Source: an uncultured Ruminococcus sp.
GTDB taxonomy: Bacteria; Bacillota; Clostridia; Oscillospirales; CAG-272
Direction of reading: 5' to 3'
DNA: 64,000 bases
Assembly (NCBI GenBank): GCA_964430105.1
Contig: CAYSEF010000002.1
Coordinates: forward strand, 10,411-74,410
Under the pieces are notes generated by a model, which was not told the origin of the DNA, did not search any database, and saw only the letters and a list, made by a program, of their open reading frames with translations. Within the stretch, counting starts at the first letter, position 1; the number at the start of each line of letters is the position of its first letter. Both the position numbers and the translations under genes were made by a program. Of the stretch, positions 59,927 through 64,000 are shown piece after piece.

Positions 59927-60703
59927 TTATAGCTTAACTTCTCTCAGTGTAGGATTAAGATTTACCTTTGCACCGTATTTTTCTGCCAATTCAACGGCAA
60001 AATTGAACGACTTCAAATCAGCGGTAACATCAGCAGAATGTGCGTCACAGCCAATGCAAACCTCTGCGCCTATTTCACCGCAAAGCTGAATAAATCTTTC
60101 ATGAGGATAGTGTCTGCGATCTCGAACACCGAGCAGATTTATCTCAAGCGGAATATTCTTTGATTTTGCAAATTCAATAAGTCTTGAATAATGCTTGTCG
60201 AATATCTTTTCATCTCCGACAAAATGCATATTATCGGGGTGAGCAGCGTATGTGAAAACTCCCGTTCCAAGTCCTTCTATGACCTGATTTACAAATTTTT
60301 CGAGAATTGCTTCATTGTCCGTTCCGCCAACGTGCATACTTCCTATTTCATTATCCAGAAAATGCTGACCGAGAATAAGATAATCTACCTCACGGCTTGT
60401 TATCTGCTTGAGCATATCCTCAAAAAACTTAGGATAATACTCCGCTTCGTAACCGATCTTAATATCTATCTTGTCCTTGTATTCCTCTTTCAGCGCAAGA
60501 AGTGTGTCAACATAATCATCCATTTCATTGCACAGCATTCTAAAGCCTGACTGATATCCGTTCGGGAAAGGATACGGCACATGATCTGCAAATCCGAGCG
60601 TTGTAAGTCCACCTGCAATGGCATTTTCGATATATTCTCTTTCTCTGCCTGACGCATGACGACATCTAAATGTGTGCGTATGCAGATTAGTAATCATTTT
60701 CAT
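59927..60703 (-). CDS. HisJ-family PHP-domain histidinol-phosphatase
   Basis: NLHTHTFRCRHASG at the N-terminus, plus HPD and DAH motifs. Confidence 0.8.
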   Translation of the reverse strand: MKMITNLHTHTFRCRHASGREREYIENAIAGGLTTLGFADHVPYPFPNGYQSGFRMLCNEMDDYVDTLLALKEEYKDKIDIKIGYEAEYYPKFFEDMLKQITSREVDYLILGQHFLDNEIGSMHVGGTDNEAILEKFVNQVIEGLGTGVFTYAAHPDNMHFVGDEKIFDKHYSRLIEFAKSKNIPLEINLLGVRDRRHYPHERFIQLCGEIGAEVCIGCDAHSADVTADLKSFNFAVELAEKYGAKVNLNPTLREVKL

Positions 60704-60866
60704 AACAAAATCCTCCTATAAATTATAAAATTATAAGACCGTCACTAATTTTATCATAATCTCGACGAACTTACAATAGCAGAAATGTGCAATTATTATG
60801 TCGTGGAATGTAAAGTTTTTGGAGTGAAATTAGTCTTACCGTGACATAATACATCATTTATGCCTC

Positions 60867-60895
60867 TTGACAAAATATTTATCGTGTGCTATAAT
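60867..60895 (+). promoter_or_regulatory. Consensus sigma-A promoter of the small plus-strand module
   Basis: TTGACA (60867-60872), 17 nt, then TATAAT (60890-60895). Confidence 0.7.
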
Positions 60896-60950
60896 ACCAG
60901 CACCATGAACATTCGTTCTTGTTCCGCCCGAAAATTTATACGAAGGAGTT

Positions 60951-61259
60951 ATGGAGCAAAATAAGTTTATAAAAAAGCAAAAAATAATTGCATATTGCGA
61001 GGCTTGCGGAAATGCACTTTACGATGGTGATACAGCGTATAAGCTGATGTGGCATATATATTGCCCACCCTGCATTGACAGTGCGCTTATCATATGTCGT
61101 AACGCAGATGAAACAGCAAAGCCTAAAGCACATTTTTCGGAAAAAGGAGTGACTATCGCAAATATCCCACACAGAGAAATATATGTAAATACGAACGAAA
61201 TTACGCTTAAAAACACTGCAAAACAGCAGAATTCAGAAAGGATGAACCATATTGACTAA
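60951..61259 (+). CDS. Small zinc-ribbon protein
   Basis: CEACG...(19 aa)...CPPC. AAGGAG RBS. 8-nt overlap with the next gene. Confidence 0.5.
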   Translation: MEQNKFIKKQKIIAYCEACGNALYDGDTAYKLMWHIYCPPCIDSALIICRNADETAKPKAHFSEKGVTIANIPHREIYVNTNEITLKNTAKQQNSERMNHID

Positions 61260-61608
61260 AGATTACTATAAGAAAAAAGCTGAACAATTACTCAAAAATA
61301 TCGAAGCATATAAAATCTCTGTGGAAATAATGAGGGAGCTTGAAAGCTGTGGTGGACTTTCTCTGAGAAAAGCAAAAACAGCGCATATAAAAAGAGAGCA
61401 TTACGAAAAACTGATAAGCGCAACAGAACGTGCAATGACACTTCTGACTCCTACAGAACGCCGGATAATAGAGGAATTATATTTCAGAAATGATGAACAT
61501 TCGTTCTTTGACGTGTGCGAAATTTGTGCAATGGAAAAAAGCAGTATTTACCGACATCGTGATAAAGCACTGAACAAAATCGGCAAAGCAATATTCACTT
61601 TAGGCTGA
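61252..61608 (+). CDS. Sigma-70 region-4-like HTH protein (ArpU/RinA-type phage late regulator-like)
   Basis: ...LTPTERRIIEELYFRNDEHSFFDVCEICAMEKSSIYRHRDKALNKIGKAI is a region-4 HTH pattern. TTG start after GAAAGGA. Confidence 0.55.
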   Translation: MTKDYYKKKAEQLLKNIEAYKISVEIMRELESCGGLSLRKAKTAHIKREHYEKLISATERAMTLLTPTERRIIEELYFRNDEHSFFDVCEICAMEKSSIYRHRDKALNKIGKAIFTLG

Positions 61609-61683
61609 TCCTGCCACGCTTGACTTCATGTTAATCATGTGGTATAATTATTCTACTTTAGAAAAACAGGAGCTTCTACTTTT

Positions 61684-62355
61684 ATGAAAGAATCTATGAG
61701 AAGAGTGCGTGACGTCGTTTCGATAAAGCGTACTATTTGGTCAAATTATGATAAATTCCGTACAGTAGGCGTTTTTTATCTCGAAAAAAATGCTGTGCTT
61801 AATAAAGTGCTTGGCGAAAACGAAGAAACTATCGCAAAAATCGCTGATGAATGCAGAGATGGCGGCGTTCGCTGGAGAGGATTTCAGAAGTATCTTAACA
61901 AAATCGAAAAAGCTATCGTTGGCGATAAGGAAATAATCGACCTTTCGAAAACAGAAGAAAAAGCACTCGATACCGTCGCAGGTATTCCTGTAGCTGAGCT
62001 TGTCAAGGTCATAGATGATCCGGCAGGCGTGAAGGTTTCATTCGCTCTGAATGGCACATTTGACGTACTCTGCAAGGGTAATCGCAATGGTTGCTTTGAA
62101 GTAAAAGGCATGGGTATCACTCCTTCCACTGAATTTACACTTGTAAATGAGCTTAACGCCTTCTGGGAAGACCGTTATTCAATCGCACTGAAAAGTGATG
62201 AGCTTTGCGTTGCTCTTTCTGCTGAGGACCCCGGAACAGGTAAAAAAGGCTCCTCCTGCGTTCGTATCTACGTTATCGAAGGTGATAAAATAGTGATCGA
62301 TGACCTCGGAAAGTATATCGACACCACCGACCTTACTCTTTGGATAAATCCGTAA
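61684..62355 (+). CDS. Hypothetical protein (223 aa)
   Basis: It has its own TTGACT-17-TATAAT promoter (61630-61658 region) and an AGGAG RBS. No family recognised. Confidence 0.55.
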   Translation: MKESMRRVRDVVSIKRTIWSNYDKFRTVGVFYLEKNAVLNKVLGENEETIAKIADECRDGGVRWRGFQKYLNKIEKAIVGDKEIIDLSKTEEKALDTVAGIPVAELVKVIDDPAGVKVSFALNGTFDVLCKGNRNGCFEVKGMGITPSTEFTLVNELNAFWEDRYSIALKSDELCVALSAEDPGTGKKGSSCVRIYVIEGDKIVIDDLGKYIDTTDLTLWINP

Positions 62356-62409
62356 TCTGTTTCAGATATTTTTATAATTTGGCATAAAATTCCTGAATTT
62401 GAGGTATCT

Positions 62410-63039
62410 ATGGGACATACACCATCCTCACCAACGACTGATATAGATATTCTAACATTTGCAGATGCACTTTCCCCTTCTCAGAAATCGCAATACGACA
62501 GATCACGCTGGTTATATGTTCCCGATTTCTATTCTGAATATCGTTACATACTCGGAACACGCGGAAATTCACCTCTTATAGCGATAGGTATAAACCCCTC
62601 TACCGCAGCACCTGATGCTCTCGATAATACACTGAAATCTGTTGAACGTATCGCTCACGGCAATGGCTATGACAGCTTTATTATGTTCAATGTCTATGCT
62701 CAACGTGCTACAGATCCCGATGCAATGGAAGCTGAATTGAACACAGCACTGCATCGTGAAAACATGAAAGCATTTGAATATGTCCTGGATATCGCAAATC
62801 AGAACGGAAAACAGCCGTCTGTTTGGGCTGCTTGGGGTACTATCATAAAAAAACGTGCATATCTCCCCGATTGTGTGCGTGATATGATAAATATCGGTGA
62901 ACGATATGGTGCAAAATGGTATACCTGTGGCGCAAGATCAAAGGTTGGAGGACATCCGCATCACCCGCTTTATCTTCGCAAGGATTCAAAGCTCGAACCG
63001 TTCGATGCAAGCGAATACTTAAAGCAGTTTATAAAATAA
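62410..63039 (+). CDS. DUF1643 domain protein
   Basis: ...IGINPSTA...D.T...V..., FNVYAQRAT, WAAWG, GGHPHHPLY match the DUF1643 signature as I remember it. Confidence 0.7.
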   Translation: MGHTPSSPTTDIDILTFADALSPSQKSQYDRSRWLYVPDFYSEYRYILGTRGNSPLIAIGINPSTAAPDALDNTLKSVERIAHGNGYDSFIMFNVYAQRATDPDAMEAELNTALHRENMKAFEYVLDIANQNGKQPSVWAAWGTIIKKRAYLPDCVRDMINIGERYGAKWYTCGARSKVGGHPHHPLYLRKDSKLEPFDASEYLKQFIK

Positions 63040-63047
63040 GCAATAAA

Positions 63048-63097
63048 CGTGACTATCTCAGTGAAAGCATTTTTCACACGAGATATGCCACGTTTTT
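63048..63097 (+). terminator. Imperfect hairpin + T5 after the DUF1643 gene
   Basis: CGTGACTATCTC...GAGATATGCCACG followed by TTTTT. Confidence 0.5.
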
Positions 63098-63262
63098 CTC
63101 TATAATTTTCGCAAGTTGGGGTATATTTATCCGTTAAAATCACAAAAAAATCGTAAAATTTTATCATTCCTCTTGCCAATTGCACCGAATTGTGGTATCA
63201 TAATTATTAGAGAAATTCCACTCAGACCAATACAGCAATTTACCCCGAAAGGAATGATACAT

Positions 63263-64000
63263 ATGAAGAAGAAAATTTTATTCGCACTTGTTCTCAGCGC
63301 CTCAATGCTTTTCTCAGTGAACGTGTCTGCGCTGGGCATATTTGACGATCCCAAACCCGAAGTTGTTGAAGAAATCGCCGAAGAAGTAGTAGTAAAGGAA
63401 ATCGAACCTCTTGAGCTTGACGGAATGACACGCATTGTCGTTACCACATCCGATTCCACTATTGCAGGCTCCTCTGAAAAGGTTGCAACAGAAAATTTCT
63501 TTGATGGCAAATCCTCAACAGGATGCACTATCATTTTTGAAGATAGCGAAGCTGTAGAAGAAGACGGTGAGCTTGCTGATTGCGAAGTTTCCGCTCCCAA
63601 AACCTTCTCTATCTACACTGCAACTCGTGTTCCTGAAGCTGTAGAATCTATCGCTGCTCTGTTTGACGGCGAAAAGGGTACAGTTCTCGCTATCAACGTA
63701 TATGCAACAAACGATTCTCTTCTTCTCGACTGGAAACAGCTCACTCTTGAGAATCCGCTTTACACAGATGGCAATTACGATATCATCAACATTGCCAATT
63801 ATCCCCAGAAGTACAGCTTCTATCGCATTGACATCACTGTAGAAGAAGGTACATACTTCACTCTTTCCGAGCTTCTTCTCTACAAAGATGCATCTGACGA
63901 CTCATACTATTATTACGCTCATGTTGAAGAACTTGAACCGGGCGAAACTCCCGAGCTTATCGAAGTAAAGAAGCCCAGAACTACAGTATTCAGCAATTTC
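63263..64000 (+). CDS. Secreted protein, N-terminal 246 codons (runs off the right edge)
   Basis: Own translation: ATG at 63263 after GAAAGGA. MKKKILFALVLSASMLFSVNVSALG... is a signal peptide, and the frame is open to base 64000. ...ENFFDGKSSTGC... hints at a discoidin/galactose-binding-like domain. It is absent from the ORF track, whose antisense ORF 63127..63600 is probably spurious. Confidence 0.6.
   Translation, partial: MKKKILFALVLSASMLFSVNVSALGIFDDPKPEVVEEIAEEVVVKEIEPLELDGMTRIVVTTSDSTIAGSSEKVATENFFDGKSSTGCTIIFEDSEAVEEDGELADCEVSAPKTFSIYTATRVPEAVESIAALFDGEKGTVLAINVYATNDSLLLDWKQLTLENPLYTDGNYDIINIANYPQKYSFYRIDITVEEGTYFTLSELLLYKDASDDSYYYYAHVEELEPGETPELIEVKKPRTTVFSNF

Noticed and set aside
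60905-61508. 16-nt exact direct repeat ATGAACATTCGTTCTT at 60905-60920 (leader) and 61493-61508 (inside the regulator gene)
   Set aside because: One such 16-mer coincidence is not very improbable in 64 kb. One copy is coding and no associated structure was found. I note it in case it marks an insertion boundary or autoregulatory site, but the support is insufficient.

Overview
64-kb chromosomal segment that looks like a low-GC Gram-positive, Clostridia-like bacterium. This is inferred from gene content, T-box control of valS, TTGACA-N17-TATAAT promoters and GGAGG ribosome-binding sites. Layout: (i) 1-14.3 kb holds housekeeping genes: an edge-truncated membrane protein, a SAM methyltransferase, iorB plus a half-length iorA-like gene, ligA, two hydrolases, GT4 glycosyltransferase-murJ, an rlmI-like gene, T-box-regulated valS and a VOC protein. 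(ii) 14.4-28.9 kb is one long minus-strand sugar/glycan uptake locus. It has two permease pairs, two binding proteins (one a ~1050-aa CBM-like/SBP fusion), an NHL-TPR-Yip1 membrane protein and a ~1040-aa secreted protein of unknown function. It has no ATPase, regulator or recognisable glycoside hydrolase. (iii) 29.5-33.9 kb holds a ROK glucokinase, a DUF3794-like protein and a CNNM/CorC-type transporter behind a promoter plus terminator/antiterminator leader. (iv) 34.0-39.8 kb holds a TerB-N/TerB-C protein, a DUF2791-type P-loop ATPase and an Lhr-like SF2 helicase, which is the Shango-type anti-phage triad. (v) A perfect 2 x 256-bp tandem duplication of the uvrA 5' end follows, then intact uvrA and a membrane protein. 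(vi) 44.9-57.2 kb is a compact 17-gene head-plus-tail phage-like cluster with no integrase, replication, regulation or lysis genes. This is my best candidate for something new, a GTA-like particle locus. (vii) DUF1934-like, MATE and HisJ-type PHP phosphatase genes come next. (viii) A small plus-strand module carries a phage-late-regulator-like sigma region-4 protein and a DUF1643-like protein, and a partial secreted protein sits at the right edge. I saw no rRNA, tRNA or CRISPR array. All family assignments come from reading the translations and from memory of family motifs; no searches were run.
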